From: a virus
Reading direction: 5' to 3' (one strand)
Virus record (IMG/VR): IMGVR_UViG_3300032308_002246
Coordinates: 32,001-96,000 of that record
DNA: 64,000 nucleotides
Of this stretch, positions 30,201 through 38,500 are shown one piece after another. Numbering within the stretch: the stretch's first letter is position 1; each line of letters starts with the position of its first letter. Under the pieces are notes generated by a model. That model was not told the DNA's origin, did not search any database, and worked only from the letters and a program-made list of their open reading frames with translations. The position numbers and the translations under genes were made by a program.

Positions 30201-33200
30201 TTTTTGAGTTTAATATTTCATTTGCAGTTATATTGCTTTCGTCAATATCGGCCCATCGTTTCTTAAATTCTTCTGTTAGATGAGAGTCTTTATTGTTTTC
30301 GGCAAGTTGAAGTCTTTGTGGCGAGTAACCAGCACCCATTCTGCCGACAGGAGACGAATCTGATACTTCTTGTGCGCTTCTGGCGGCTATCCTACGACGC
30401 TTTCTCTGGATTGCATCCAGATTTATCATCCCAAAAGCTTCTGCGTAATCTTTGTCGTACTTTGCTCTCATTGCGTTGGCAAATCCGTCAAATATTGGAC
30501 GCATGCGATTTCTGGTTCTTTCAGAAATGCCCTCTTCAAAAGCGTCATCCATATGACCTGAAATGGTTTCAAAAAGGCCAGCTAGAACCCTATTGTTCAT
30601 CCATCCCTCTGAAACGATTTCATCAAGTTCGGATTCAAGCTCTCTCAGTTTTGATGCTGGATTTCTATCTGCAATAGAGTCAAAAACAATTGTTTGTGAT
30701 TTATTTTCAAAATCACGCAGTCTGCCTTTTAAGGTTTTGTGTTTTTTATTCTCTATTGCCGCATATGCCTGCTCAATGCCAATTTTCCCAATTGGCCCAT
30801 TTTCAAGCATGTCGGATAGTGCCTTATCGTTTCTTGGCCTTATTTTTGAATACTCAGGTAGATAGAGTTCGGCCCAATCAAGCAACTCATTGAGAATTTC
30901 CCTTGCCTGCGAGCGCTCTCTGTTGTTTCTTGCATTTGCTGCGGCAACAGCAAGAAGCATCGTTATCGACTTTATTAGTCCAGGGCTATCACCAAGCGCT
31001 GAAGTTGGTTTTCGCGGATTGTAGAAGTCAAGCGAAAGAACGCCTGTTTTTTGGTCGTATGATTTTGCATAATCAGAAAGTTTTAGAGTGTTATTGCTAA
31101 CTCTTTCTCTTAGCGTAAGCATCAACTCTGAGATTTCCTCAAATACTTCGTTCTGATTTGCATCAACAGAATTTGCTATATCAAGATTCCTTCTATTTTT
31201 TCTATTTTTATAATCAAGATACATGCTTGATTGTGCGTAATTTGCAAGCGGGCTCCATGAGCCAGATTGTCTTCTTTCTCTTGGATATTCAAAACCAGAA
31301 CGGTTTGCCATTGCTCCACTAGGGCCCCAAGCAAATGGGGCTGCGTCCATATAGTTGTCAACAAGCTCAGAAAATGATTCACCATTTTCTTCCAAAATTT
31401 CAGATGCAACCGAGTTTTTAATCTGCTTTACATTGGTTGCTATTGTGTTGATTTCATCACCATATGCACCAAGAGTTCTAATGGCTGTTCCTATTATTCC
31501 AAGAGAGTTTATGAGGTGTTCGTGTCTTTCAAGAACTGTTTGCTTGCCAGAGTTGTCTTGTGCGTCCGCTACTATGGCGAGGTCAATGAACGAACGACCC
31601 TTTTGGTCGTATCTGTTAAGTTTGAGTCTGCGCGAAGCTATTACACCTGCGTCGTTAATTCCAAATGCATCTTCTCTTTCGCCAATTTGTGAAACTCTTG
31701 TTTCCGGCAATAAAAGAGAAGCGATTTTGAACGCAGTATTCTTTGCCCCTTCCGTGCTGTCACCGAGAAGACCATCAATAGCAAGCTTTGTTGAATTTGT
31801 ATGCGTGTTTTCCCATATTTCTTCAAGTTGCATGTCTCTGAGGTTTAAGGCAGAAATGAATTGCTCAATTGGGTGGGAAACTGCTTTTGTGATTGAGTTT
31901 CCAAATTGCATTGCATGATTCTGGTGTGGAGTCGAATTTTTGCTATCAGATTCAAACTCTGTGTCCTTCAAAAGCATATTCATGTCTTTGAGAGTTTGCA
32001 ATAAGTCAGCGGAAATTACTTCCTCATCATCTGTCCATCTCAATAAATTTTCTTGAGCTGAATCCATCAACATTTCGGTGGTTGCTTCATCCAATCCAAG
32101 GAACTTTGCTCTTTTTTCTGGCGTCATTTTTTTTAGAGCGTTGTAAGTTCTTGAGTTTTTGCTAAATTTTAAATACGACTCCCAGGTCTGCGATACACCG
32201 TCCCTGTTCATCCAGCCATCAAAGAAATTTTGGGTATAAAGTGCTCCGGCTAAATCCGTAAAATTTATCTTCCCATTTGATAAACCGGTTATTCGTTGCG
32301 CTGTTTCAAACGCCCCATCAAGCGAGAGTGGTTGCATTTCATCCAGAAAGCTAATCGCTTGGTTCTTGCGTCTGGCTATTCCACGTCTTCCAAGTTCTTC
32401 GGCAAAACCAATCAGTTCATCATCTGAAAGCTTTGACAAAACAGCCAGTCTGCTTGTAATTTTTACATTATCTCTAGAGTCAATATTTTTAACGAACTCA
32501 GAGTTTTCAATTGGGAGATTTAGGTCTGTTTCTTGACTCAATCTTTCTTGCGTCTTATCTAGAGCCAATTCCGGGTTTGATGCAATTACTTCTGAACGGG
32601 CTCTTCTGAGCGCCTCCTTGTGGTCAACTAACGCCGTATCTAGTGCGTCAGCAATTTCCGCAAATCTAAGCATTGCTACTGATGAATCTTCGTTCGCTGC
32701 AAGATTTGGCAAATATGTTTCGTATGCTTCGTTGAAAGTAGGCATACCTCCACGCATGAACATTGACATTGCAAATGCATTAAATACTGAGCCAAGTAGG
32801 GATTTGTCTAACTGCGTTCCTGCTTGTTCGTCTGAAAGTTCTCTTGTTTTTTCTGCAAAACCAACAAGACTTCGGAACATTTGATGTCTTGTTAAATCGG
32901 TTAATCTTCCTTCTTCGTCTTTTTCACCAAACACTCTGTAAGAAGGAAAATCGTATTCTATTGTTGCATCTTGCATTGACTCGACTATTGCTTTGGCGCC
33001 AAAAGAAGCAAGAGAATCGCCGGATTTCAAAAAATCAACCATCTGTGTTGCGTAGTCAAAACCTATGTTGCTTGGAACATTGTGATTTCCATAATTTGGA
33101 TACAGCCCAGTAAGTGCTGACATCCTTGCGTTTAGTCCATCTTCTATTGATATAGAAGCTATTTTCTGATACTCATTTAGAGCCGCATCAAAATCAATTT

Positions 33201-34254
33201 CTTCTAAATCAGATGACCTGAGCTTTTGTAGAAATAGTGATGAAAGTTGTTCAAATTCAGTGTCCCACCATTCTGTGGCTAATTTTGCGGTTTCTTCATC
33301 AAAAAGTTGCCTTGCAAGCCCCTCTCGTCCAATGATTGTTTTGAGTTTTGCAAAATTGGCTTCGTCTACTTCTGCTTTTGTTTTTTCAATATATCTTTCG
33401 TAGAAACCAGACCCTTCTGCGTCTGGTCCGAATATTACTTCTAGTATTTTTTTTCTTAATTCTGAATCTTCTGGGAGGTCAATCTCTCTTGGGACTTCGC
33501 TCATGTAGGAGCCGTATTTTCTTTCACCTACTGACTTGTGTTTCAAAGAAACTGCACCTATAGGGCCACTTGGTTTTTCTTCAGTCGCTTTCGGTGCTGG
33601 GCGAAGCCTATTTGACTCTTTTGGAGCTCTTGGTCTTTCTGTGGCCGATGCTTTGGGTCTTGGGGTTTTATCAATGCTTACTTCTGGCAGTGGCGGGGTT
33701 ATTCTTGGCTGTGGTTTAACAACATCCTGAAGGTTGGTAGTTGCTGCATCGGTAGTAGCTTCAATCTGATTGCCCCCTGGGGTAGGGTCTGGAATTCCGC
33801 GGCCAAAATTTACTTCAGCTACACCCTCAAGAACCAACTTGTCTTTATCTGCGTCGACAGCCGTATTCGGGTCCATATTTCTTGGAGCAACACCAATTGG
33901 CTGACCAACATTTGGTCCAAGGGCTTTTTCTTCTAGTTCTTTTTTGTTGATTACACGTCTTACTCTCTGAGCAAAATCTCTGTCTTGGTTTCTTCTACCA
34001 AGAGGGCTCGCCCCAGTGACTCTTCTATAGTCAGACTCGTTGGTGCATGGCATCCACAGGTATCCGCCAGTGGTTGAGTTGTACTGTCTGACCCCAATGC
34101 ATCCAAGCTGTCTTGCCCTTTGCCTAGCTGATTCTTTATCTGTAAATGAGTCAATAGAGCCTGGTCTTATTGCTCTTGAGCCAAAGCTAAGAGACTTTTC
34201 TTGGTTCCCATTTTCTATTGGGCAACAGTCGCCCTGCTCAAAATCGTTGGTCAT
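18217..34254 (-). CDS. Giant 5345-aa multidomain (polyvalent) protein in the head module
   Basis: N-terminal LGC.G...WMPC (DUF3721-like) and DPTPG module, HTH cluster (~23480-25070), ClpC N-domain (~20490-20976), NUDIX (~19340-19740, GGLRDGNEDYMTTATREGLEEVG), C-terminal zeta-toxin-like P-loop kinase (GGASGTGKT at 18781-18807); 14 linker motifs. Confidence 0.85.
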   Translation of the reverse strand: MTNDFEQGDCCPIENGNQEKSLSFGSRAIRPGSIDSFTDKESARQRARQLGCIGVRQYNSTTGGYLWMPCTNESDYRRVTGASPLGRRNQDRDFAQRVRRVINKKELEEKALGPNVGQPIGVAPRNMDPNTAVDADKDKLVLEGVAEVNFGRGIPDPTPGGNQIEATTDAATTNLQDVVKPQPRITPPLPEVSIDKTPRPKASATERPRAPKESNRLRPAPKATEEKPSGPIGAVSLKHKSVGERKYGSYMSEVPREIDLPEDSELRKKILEVIFGPDAEGSGFYERYIEKTKAEVDEANFAKLKTIIGREGLARQLFDEETAKLATEWWDTEFEQLSSLFLQKLRSSDLEEIDFDAALNEYQKIASISIEDGLNARMSALTGLYPNYGNHNVPSNIGFDYATQMVDFLKSGDSLASFGAKAIVESMQDATIEYDFPSYRVFGEKDEEGRLTDLTRHQMFRSLVGFAEKTRELSDEQAGTQLDKSLLGSVFNAFAMSMFMRGGMPTFNEAYETYLPNLAANEDSSVAMLRFAEIADALDTALVDHKEALRRARSEVIASNPELALDKTQERLSQETDLNLPIENSEFVKNIDSRDNVKITSRLAVLSKLSDDELIGFAEELGRRGIARRKNQAISFLDEMQPLSLDGAFETAQRITGLSNGKINFTDLAGALYTQNFFDGWMNRDGVSQTWESYLKFSKNSRTYNALKKMTPEKRAKFLGLDEATTEMLMDSAQENLLRWTDDEEVISADLLQTLKDMNMLLKDTEFESDSKNSTPHQNHAMQFGNSITKAVSHPIEQFISALNLRDMQLEEIWENTHTNSTKLAIDGLLGDSTEGAKNTAFKIASLLLPETRVSQIGEREDAFGINDAGVIASRRLKLNRYDQKGRSFIDLAIVADAQDNSGKQTVLERHEHLINSLGIIGTAIRTLGAYGDEINTIATNVKQIKNSVASEILEENGESFSELVDNYMDAAPFAWGPSGAMANRSGFEYPRERRQSGSWSPLANYAQSSMYLDYKNRKNRRNLDIANSVDANQNEVFEEISELMLTLRERVSNNTLKLSDYAKSYDQKTGVLSLDFYNPRKPTSALGDSPGLIKSITMLLAVAAANARNNRERSQAREILNELLDWAELYLPEYSKIRPRNDKALSDMLENGPIGKIGIEQAYAAIENKKHKTLKGRLRDFENKSQTIVFDSIADRNPASKLRELESELDEIVSEGWMNNRVLAGLFETISGHMDDAFEEGISERTRNRMRPIFDGFANAMRAKYDKDYAEAFGMINLDAIQRKRRRIAARSAQEVSDSSPVGRMGAGYSPQRLQLAENNKDSHLTEEFKKRWADIDESNITANEILNSKNPSLTMFDGNNLAFYWKDENSRLKYLQTANKRKLGKGYVGLPSSFGISSSFQKVKELNDSGLLEKIGLYPTKLEKHPFFVTFHGDKLVKFAGTPSDINADANSMKQILGAIHPELNPETFETVYQSWIRNPYMTISSSNGNEVGVRFGLDNDDTKMRNELRKRVRDIYDFVSRSTGGKVPKSQYPLETESGETAEIEFPATMKGLANDFFRRIQPSIANRGHSLESLSNVFNQNAEELALPETLNREQIGKFLRENFPEVLKSLKPEASKLDGITDNEVSEAVEIVSMLNDGTRVLKFGEIKELLSTKENGYEIWSNDAVDEVINTVNNYTAESGGSQFIETSAVGSMSSNTGRPSENLRDEFEAARTLRSIQRAKDMTPEQENAFRRAQWARQQLENIVEEDWVRFGPFDLTNAYRPIAEKQSGSLSFHIKSLGDRAVMEMFEEISSKFPDASNEESVKNFESRIRTALSKAARGDEITPRYPESWPPEMLDSDLNEILSPKEMAVVAQVEDQLDRETLVSMLGGELGDKDETRQEILRIVESLPKVTVPASPSSRDLIKTPEQMSQDILIEAFDGSPSSAKELVDSMSEQQLDALRKSFSVSDYTKNSFDNQNLQMQRASLIRQTSVAIAKLSQTEEGRNKIRQYVGEVADTLTDGANELLRKIQNSEIEEDDAYESLSRYVEDASSTQPISRLWFNAAAPLFSANNETSALLKASENDKKDRVNRLFAEIALSEESPEKVKNQLQRFVESNPVDGIGTREVYVASTPAGTTQSALEKKQSELISKYDGTSESAKEIIDSLTDEQIRKLWAKYIFPSLYRIGGTGPGSLIRKRSQKAAAERTQQALNRLGEKFKKSIYGLGGFVDSEGYSADDVNMLISDAISESFGVSSLENLTPEDRREYVSLVDYFLSGGRSLLGKGEYTEALRKLNSEKTPKAVQRRRIQRIDDEISAIVSDAGDKMDDAVSDLLSQYRNMSPEEIETVRKAEEEFEANQRRIRDIRAGRISPEDDFADAPDDWDDDEFSDSPVGSMARKPSGLTQKAQALLEAALNPHRKHDEQAKNEFGYIEQAAIDALGVRGINTPDGFFYTSPDEIAIDPQIEETLVNEINGLVDESFENTEFRKLKNGQLIYAPQRLTGYDAVSVQGIGADESNEQDSGVYNPEMDEDESLRPSNFNPDRHPIASALNDRYESFIGGNNNYFTRDWFHENGRYGTEAEALLRSINDEPGLVDMDKVLIYVQNQSGWLEGEDLEESIKAAESIRVPVVPQRYRSSGNGARYGMSSFSSQRRLSATEKMELDKQKKIARSKAKSSKALRDGWLKDMTSGLMLDESEIGLRDGYYPDAVIAGIKTALRENDQIDNLDSVLIAARNAANARSQAESRVKALAKVLEITQNSGDLISEIYSIDNAINELDDAEERTSRQYQERIRAQILSRVSATSSIIKAREMFIVGQKEKLRAGAINPRDYLISIQQWDSEYGPQILQMQAEIQSFSTKAEASSRARQDIIEQKNELMSRAAELKDMVADSAQYMNVLMAQRAVNESMKNLADNNGDGVIGSGPVGNMKKIGYLFGDSGAINGFDEYADNSSNLYTPFNISMTKKEKALSSVMLSQLRSVNGIQTIDLVDNRDVTARQRIESFRQNIQSSPVGAVRTLSNELTDMPTTLKNVLQNEYNRSVGKMIASEKENDIRNLINATYSSEGMPSRTSQILNEIDNGADVYSLARKNNIPVTEIFSIAAIRESLLASVKYDVQKLTLGQVADKYGFDKTRLTNAVNAYKNADKFRKSYAKMQQRFNELIPTNTLASAYSILNEEFPEITKTRGMGSAYKLVALNDETLGSVKERMARAMRLFADFPNMSPRVAAGLTGIHQDSAKSIYMALVNDGDRPSRPARRAPQNYSALPNDWDYMTYGERQDWLNSDEAKQRMGEQARNFALRQNAEDIESSGSMDGPYGAMAAALKKADLDKNIYGTNSSDENGVSPIFAWRGVKDSDLIRTGFLPTSKFIEAIPNSQNISDENFAVFLNTSPATAKKLRSGKFNLSVNAARKLAHSIGKNPENIWPAYAASEQEVGPDGDLLWIAGNWSEMKPVFESIESGQTDSEISSALGRTINPKMATARDLARNGKLEEFYKQVGKKNPSIDEASKFMSSIMPESRRDVVASFAKAGYNESDIVDTTGFNPNTVRNLLHELRKSGVAPSSVGSQEWIAKNRKAIVDDIASGMSKRQAMRKYGIGAAALNSIIQPSEENAQPRQSFRNAYEAMASGPAGAMASRRIPSDVSQSNGPTPEWDSDNPEVTVFLPDSPPVIVGNPFYGPVEARKFSDGEPKDQEALVKWFSGLGDLLKYHAFGGQLYEAAGGPDEDAPSVFPELENDKTKSVSDMIQEGQFPGLIRSMRKIMSESYNQMLLEQEITEAFGVDGYSESEDDAIEYESGFIDAESITSLDSPIAKDIMMIYRALGRTTAGFVPGDSNWINDAVRLMSRDSELERIGLNEDSRNRIKEWMRTATTREFKAAQVMSAVHSMMLDAVNDVNRAMYPISDFMGRTVADDQMLGWYLDRIFKSIYDEVGSPFVLQDIAREKGDKFVQLNPEQTERWYDSVKDLADTMGALFADAIEFSSANSKMSDDSFDMLSVAPRRAADGKFTIYGPDIVYSGFEDSRPYNKNVKWFARPGTEAEVDSLYEQYETSPDVYWWQDENGQISTDSPITTKDILAMDSGAEFSEYVKALTESLSDSPDENASAMLRQLFGITLSDGVSLNKDELALAKAYSQLSGFLRSEVDALKENQTRVSENMTMSSYFPWVNWSNSSDAYPVMSGDIASMLTPRQAERFEKINAFTEEKINSLDEDARATYQRYVESQKNTTAINNLRRTQGALNEVMTPMDSVFEQIEQLRANRNDSIRAIEILGALNGFAQEIGAEEIADTIDGLTMKVIDALNTNDENQAFSFIRDFASSAIAEKFGEYLNFFDSTISVGDAFDKIAQFIKAEDKRTQRNSLMPRYKREVIDAAPDSTFSSPRKFKNLKTFDSWLNDNGYEDLTYEYYSSEDEIPKNFFTESSELGDNRIVPPNDGPIGKMALNRYTKPNILSVVHAHEEAKLGKSSEVTIPHLLLGLARENIGKKSVNQSIAGRVLNRLGIDVNDLRNAVNNATTQNLDENAEKVISLSFGARKTMINSVREALNRGENIIDTEHLIAAIAKTEDGRDDGLSNILQSLGTSKAELLAESISTLKRFSMGRFPNESGPVGKMGIARDAILQKDRELEALRAENNSSNLWFNRDRNPAIRNNTASDSEQVQELQRLMDLYVSGVANRSIPAYDFREGASPFASDSILPTNSSFIYGEIGEEPSDIVGAIAYRSNLIEAMVDRSGKDYKNYTDLVAKAKSIFNNDKHIELFNDDSPTGSMSTFDGLIKSFEGIYGMPEMQPQDEYYETVYGPRDIASDNLRRAAYLQSNYSPLDISKNLTSGDDEDVTWSTNNWSLAKNKLTQASDAVIIRMNNNDLRSAEVLMIDRKSGPFTNAKALVGGLRDGNEDYMTTATREGLEEVGIDLESSIEAKPLGIITSPDWDPRFVKGARVGAGLFVVPWDSNVTAASDAKAANWVPLEDIARGKYPIAFGHAEWLRRAVAKMGKDYEGSNSADPFSDLRMSLAMRLNILAKAQRIRNQRIIARINKIRAEKDAERFLPNDKMPHPLMPWGVDFKSDSWNPDGPVGKVAKPSRPIVDKSLAEDLDLLGYQSGYSIDELNSSDPISTSQKYRLNGNRVSDDRYNGLWVPYIENSIARVSKPEFDSGNEQPTVYVLGGASGTGKTNARNTNFAGIPSYEDAVVVDPDDAKMIMPEARYWFEKRLPDAANLTHTESRALAASLMRRAASEGVDMTYDTSGQFNDGNRDLINWKNAGYKVVAHYFFSPDDVILERNAERFERTGRMVPDWIPPAINRTLYFQLPNLDPFFDELFVYDTTNDPMNPIMIARRAINEQLEVMDPKLFDFANFDRGR

Positions 34255-34319
34255 TTTCCCTCATGGTCTCACTAATGTGGAGCGCGTTTATCGTACCAAC
34301 AAATATAGCCGACTATTTC

Positions 34320-35153
34320 CTATTCAGGCATAAGCCCCTTATGGGATTTGATTTTTCTGGTTGACGGAACCCTGTGCTCGGTGTCAATTAATTTTGACAA
34401 AATCGGTGCAGAAACAATCCCACCGCCGTCAAGCGAAGATATTCCAACCGGGCCGCGCTCGTTGAGTTTTTCCCAGTTCGCACCACGGACTTTTCTTTTT
34501 GCTTTCCGTGGCGAGCCATTGTCTATTGATTCAAGACGTTCAACTATCTTTGATTTGACCAAGATGATTGGTTGATGAGACTTTGTTGAATTTTTTCTAG
34601 CCCTAGCCGCAGCTTCTGTATTTCTGACAAACTGTTGACCAGAAGCGCTACCTTTTCTTTTCTTATTGTTCGTAGCTCTTTTTTGTCCCGGGGTAAGTTT
34701 TGCCCAAGCTTTTGCTGGCAGGTATCTTCTTGTTCCACCGGTTCTTATTGCTGGTTTCCCGTCAGATGTAGTCCATTTTTCTTTAGTCCATTTAGAAAGA
34801 GACCTTTGTTTTTTGTTTTTGCCGCCTTTATAACCGCCACCTCGTTTTTTGTACTCTTGAGCTACAAGTTGGGCTTTTCTGGCAGACCACTGACCAGGTT
34901 TCCCACCTCTTGAGCCGGCCATGATGCGATTCTTTATTTCTTCTCTTAATCCAGGCTTTGTATAGTTTGAAGATTTTTCCTCTAACTCTGATTTCTTCAA
35001 AAATGATTCATTCTCTGCTTCGTTGCTCAGCCTTTGGAGTGTCTGCATATCGGCGCACGGCATCCATTCGCCTTTTTCATTTTTGTGCGCTCCACGGCAC
35101 CCCATGTATCTAGCAATCTTTAAAACTTGTTTTTTTCTGTCGTCGTCGTTCAT
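34320..35153 (-). CDS. Basic protein with DUF3721-like and DUF5872-like domains
   Basis: MGCRGAH...WMPC; NYTKPGLRE.IK.RIMAGS.GGKPGQWSARKAQL...Y...GGGY; SL.KWT.EKW...RYLP. Confidence 0.7.
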   Translation of the reverse strand: MNDDDRKKQVLKIARYMGCRGAHKNEKGEWMPCADMQTLQRLSNEAENESFLKKSELEEKSSNYTKPGLREEIKNRIMAGSRGGKPGQWSARKAQLVAQEYKKRGGGYKGGKNKKQRSLSKWTKEKWTTSDGKPAIRTGGTRRYLPAKAWAKLTPGQKRATNNKKRKGSASGQQFVRNTEAAARARKNSTKSHQPIILVKSKIVERLESIDNGSPRKAKRKVRGANWEKLNERGPVGISSLDGGGIVSAPILSKLIDTEHRVPSTRKIKSHKGLMPE

Positions 35154-35572
35154 GTTGGAATCTCCGCATCTCCGTCCCAGTATGAAAAAGACTGAAGTAC
35201 AGACCTGTCGTCTCCCATGCCGTAGTCTTTTGAAAACTGTAAAGCAGCTTTTTCTGGGGTAATTGACATTGCCCTATACATGTCTGCTTGTGAGATTTCT
35301 GTATCAAATTTTTCTTCAACATCTGCAAATTTGTTGTAAGCCTTGTCTCCATATGTATAAAGAGACCATTCTTTCTGAAGAGCCCATTTAAAATCTTTTC
35401 CAGCTTTTGAATGCATGTACGATAAAGGCGGAAATTTTGCAAGCTCCATCATTGCTACATAATCTTCTGCAATTTTTTCGACTGCGTTGTCGAGGATTGA
35501 AATCTCTTCTTTGGATAAAGATTTTTTATCTTTTACCGCTTTTTTGAAAAGCTCTTGGGTATCTGTTTCCAT
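35150..35572 (-). CDS. Hypothetical protein (acidic, helical)
   Basis: 140-aa ORF; overlaps the next start by 4 nt. Confidence 0.65.
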   Translation of the reverse strand: METDTQELFKKAVKDKKSLSKEEISILDNAVEKIAEDYVAMMELAKFPPLSYMHSKAGKDFKWALQKEWSLYTYGDKAYNKFADVEEKFDTEISQADMYRAMSITPEKAALQFSKDYGMGDDRSVLQSFSYWDGDAEIPT

Positions 35573-35587
35573 TATTTATGCCTATCG

Positions 35588-38500
35588 TTAATACGGTTTG
35601 TCTGTTGTTCCATCTTTTTTGGTTACTTCAATGGTGTTCAGCCACTCACGTGCATCGTCAAGAGATGTAGCTTCGTTGAGCAGGATTAGACCAGTTCTGT
35701 TCGTAACCATTATATGGTTCTCGTCATTGTATTTACCAGGCGGAATACGCAAATATTGTTTAACTGGGTCTAGGTTGTATACCGCCGAATTGCTACTCAA
35801 ATAGACATCTACGCCTAGAATTGGGGCAAAAAGAACCTCATCGTCAAGATGGCGAAGATACTGCTGGCCTCTGTAAAGGCGTTTTACCTGCTCGTCTTCA
35901 TCGGTTAAACCCATTGCGTATAGTGCATTTTTTGCAATTTCCAGCTGTACATACCATCCAAATATTTCATTTCTTGTTGCGGCAAACCAATCTGGCCCAC
36001 CAATCTCTCCATCAAGGTAACCAGTTCCGGAGAGGTTTCTAATCATGTAATCAGGAACTTCATATCCAAAGTCATTACCAGAAGGTCTATTTGAGGTCAG
36101 ACCTGCAAGAATTGATGCATAAAGAGACTCAACCGAACCCTGGTCGGACCAGTTTGCATCTTGCGGCATTGGAAGGGCATTGAGCGCTATTTCTCTCCAT
36201 GTATTGTCTATGTCCCTATCGGAGTATCTATCTGCGGTAAAAGCAGATTGTCCATCTCCACGGGTTATCTTTTTGTTAAAAAATGTAGTCAACTGTCTAA
36301 TTTGTGATGCCAGTATGCTCATCTCGGCGCGGCCAATTATTCTTCCAGTGCGTGGGACCAGAGCGAGTATTGCTGATTTTTCTTCGCTGTTTCCATAGTA
36401 ACCAGTTATAGGGGTTTTAGCGGCAGAGAAGTTATCTCCTTCGCCTCCAGCAGAGCCGCCTTCTCCAGAAGGGATGTATCTTTCCCTAAATATGTAGTCC
36501 AACACCATTTCTTTTTGGCTCTTGCCAGTTTTTGCTCTTGAGATTCCCCTAACTATAGGAATAAACATTGGCTGGTCATCATCGTCAAGCATTTTCAAAA
36601 GAGACTCAGCTTCTTCTGGAGAAACGACAACCGTAGGCTCGTTGTAGCCGTTCAAGCCATGTGCTGCGGTGTGCATGGCTTTCTTTTCGTCGCCAATGTT
36701 TTCAAGAGTTGCATAGTTGATACTTTGCTCACGAGACATTTGTACTGTGTTGAAGTAGTCTATTTTGCCATCTGACAAAATAGATGACTGATACTCTTCT
36801 CCTGGTTGCAAGACAAGTGGCTGTTGTTCAAATATGCCCAATGTTCTATTTTTTTCAAGTAGTCCAATAATTTCATCTGGCGTTCTGAGTATTAGGTTTC
36901 CATCTTCGTCTTTTAGAGGAGCCAGCAATGTTGGGTCAACTCCGCCAATAACCCTTGTTCCGTCTTCTTGGGCTTTGACTCTTGCTGCAGCCAATCTGTT
37001 TCTAATCTTTGCTGAATTTTGCATAGTCTCTTTGATGGACTCGGTTATTCTTGGGAAAATAGAAGGGAAAACCCTGTCTGCTATTTCCTCAAGTGATTCT
37101 GCTAATTGAGCATTAAGAACAAATTCTCTTCTCTGTCTTTGATTATTTTTTGGAGTTCTTCTCCAGTCGGACAAAGCTGAATCCCTTGAACTAACAGCGT
37201 CTGAATGTGCTCTCTTGAGTTCTTGCCACGCCTTGTACCAAGCATTGCCGTCATTTGATTCAAGTGCTTGGTTGACTGCCTCCATCACCTTTGCGGCATC
37301 TGTAACCGCATAGCTCCAGCCAACATCTTTGTCTTTTGCAATAAACAGTGGCTGGGATGGGGCTTTATCCCCTTCCATCCCTGAGACAAGAGAGCCAGAA
37401 CGGTAGTAGCTTCTTCTTGGGTTGAAGTACTGGTCTCCATCGGCATTTCTTACAGTGTCTGGTGTACCTGGTGTTCCATCGTCATTTGCTGGGATGTCAA
37501 CAATCACCAAACCTGGATATTCTTTTTTAACTCTGTCTGGCAAGCTTTCCCATATTGCGTCTCTTGCTTGCTTGTATGATGCAACGCTGTTTTCGTGTGT
37601 ACCCGGAGCCAGCGATACGAAGCGGTCTTGACCTCCAGGCCCACCAACATTTGATTTGATTTTTGGATAAGAAACAATCTCTGCACCGGTTTTGCCAGAC
37701 CTCTGCATTGGAGGATAAGGCTGCATAGGGGTGAACTCGGTATCTATCGATATTGGGAAGTCTGAATAATCTTCTCTATATTGACCAGAGATTGGGTCTC
37801 GCAATAGTCCGGTGTATTCCTCGATTACATATTTGGCATTTTCTGAAGCTTCTTGTGTTCCATGCTCTACAGCTGGAATTACAACATTCGTGGCTTCATC
37901 ATTGGTTGGCTCAACAACTGAATCAACATTGAGAGATTCTGGGGTGTCAATTTCTGTAGAAACAGGGTCAATGTCTGCAGGAATTGTTGCCTGTGGAGAA
38001 ACATCTTGAGTTGCTGGCTGGCTTGTGTCAACCGGCAAACTAGGTTGATTTGTTTTTCTTGGTCTCTTTGGCGCAACTGGTGCAGCTGGTTTTTGTCTAG
38101 GAGTTTTGGCTGTGTTCTTTGACAGTAGGCCGGCATCTTCCAGAATCCACTCTCTTAAACCAGGCTTGAGAGACGCCCAGTCTGACTTTTTGTTTTTTGG
38201 ATAAAGCGGTTCTGTTGAATCAAGGAAGTCGTCAATCACAACTATGTTGTGTGCTTGGTTTTTGATTATTGCAGCTTTTCTTGGCTGTGTTTTTGCCAAA
38301 TTTGACATCCACTGCTCAATTGACTCTTCTGTTAGGTCGTCAGATGGATTAAGACCAATTCTCTTTCTCCAACCGTTCTCAAGCCGTGTTCTAGCCTTCT
38401 TCATTGAGTCTTCTATTGAAGCTTGTTCAGTAGGTGTGTAGGCATCCCAGTCTTTTATTGTTTTTGCAACTCTTTGCGATGGAACTATGTTGCCGTACAT

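Noticed and set aside
18217-34254. 5345-aa ORF as tape measure, tail fibre or virion RNA polymerase
   Set aside because: It lies in the head module, lacks tape-measure or fibre repeats and DxDGD-type polymerase motifs, and has discrete enzymatic domains.
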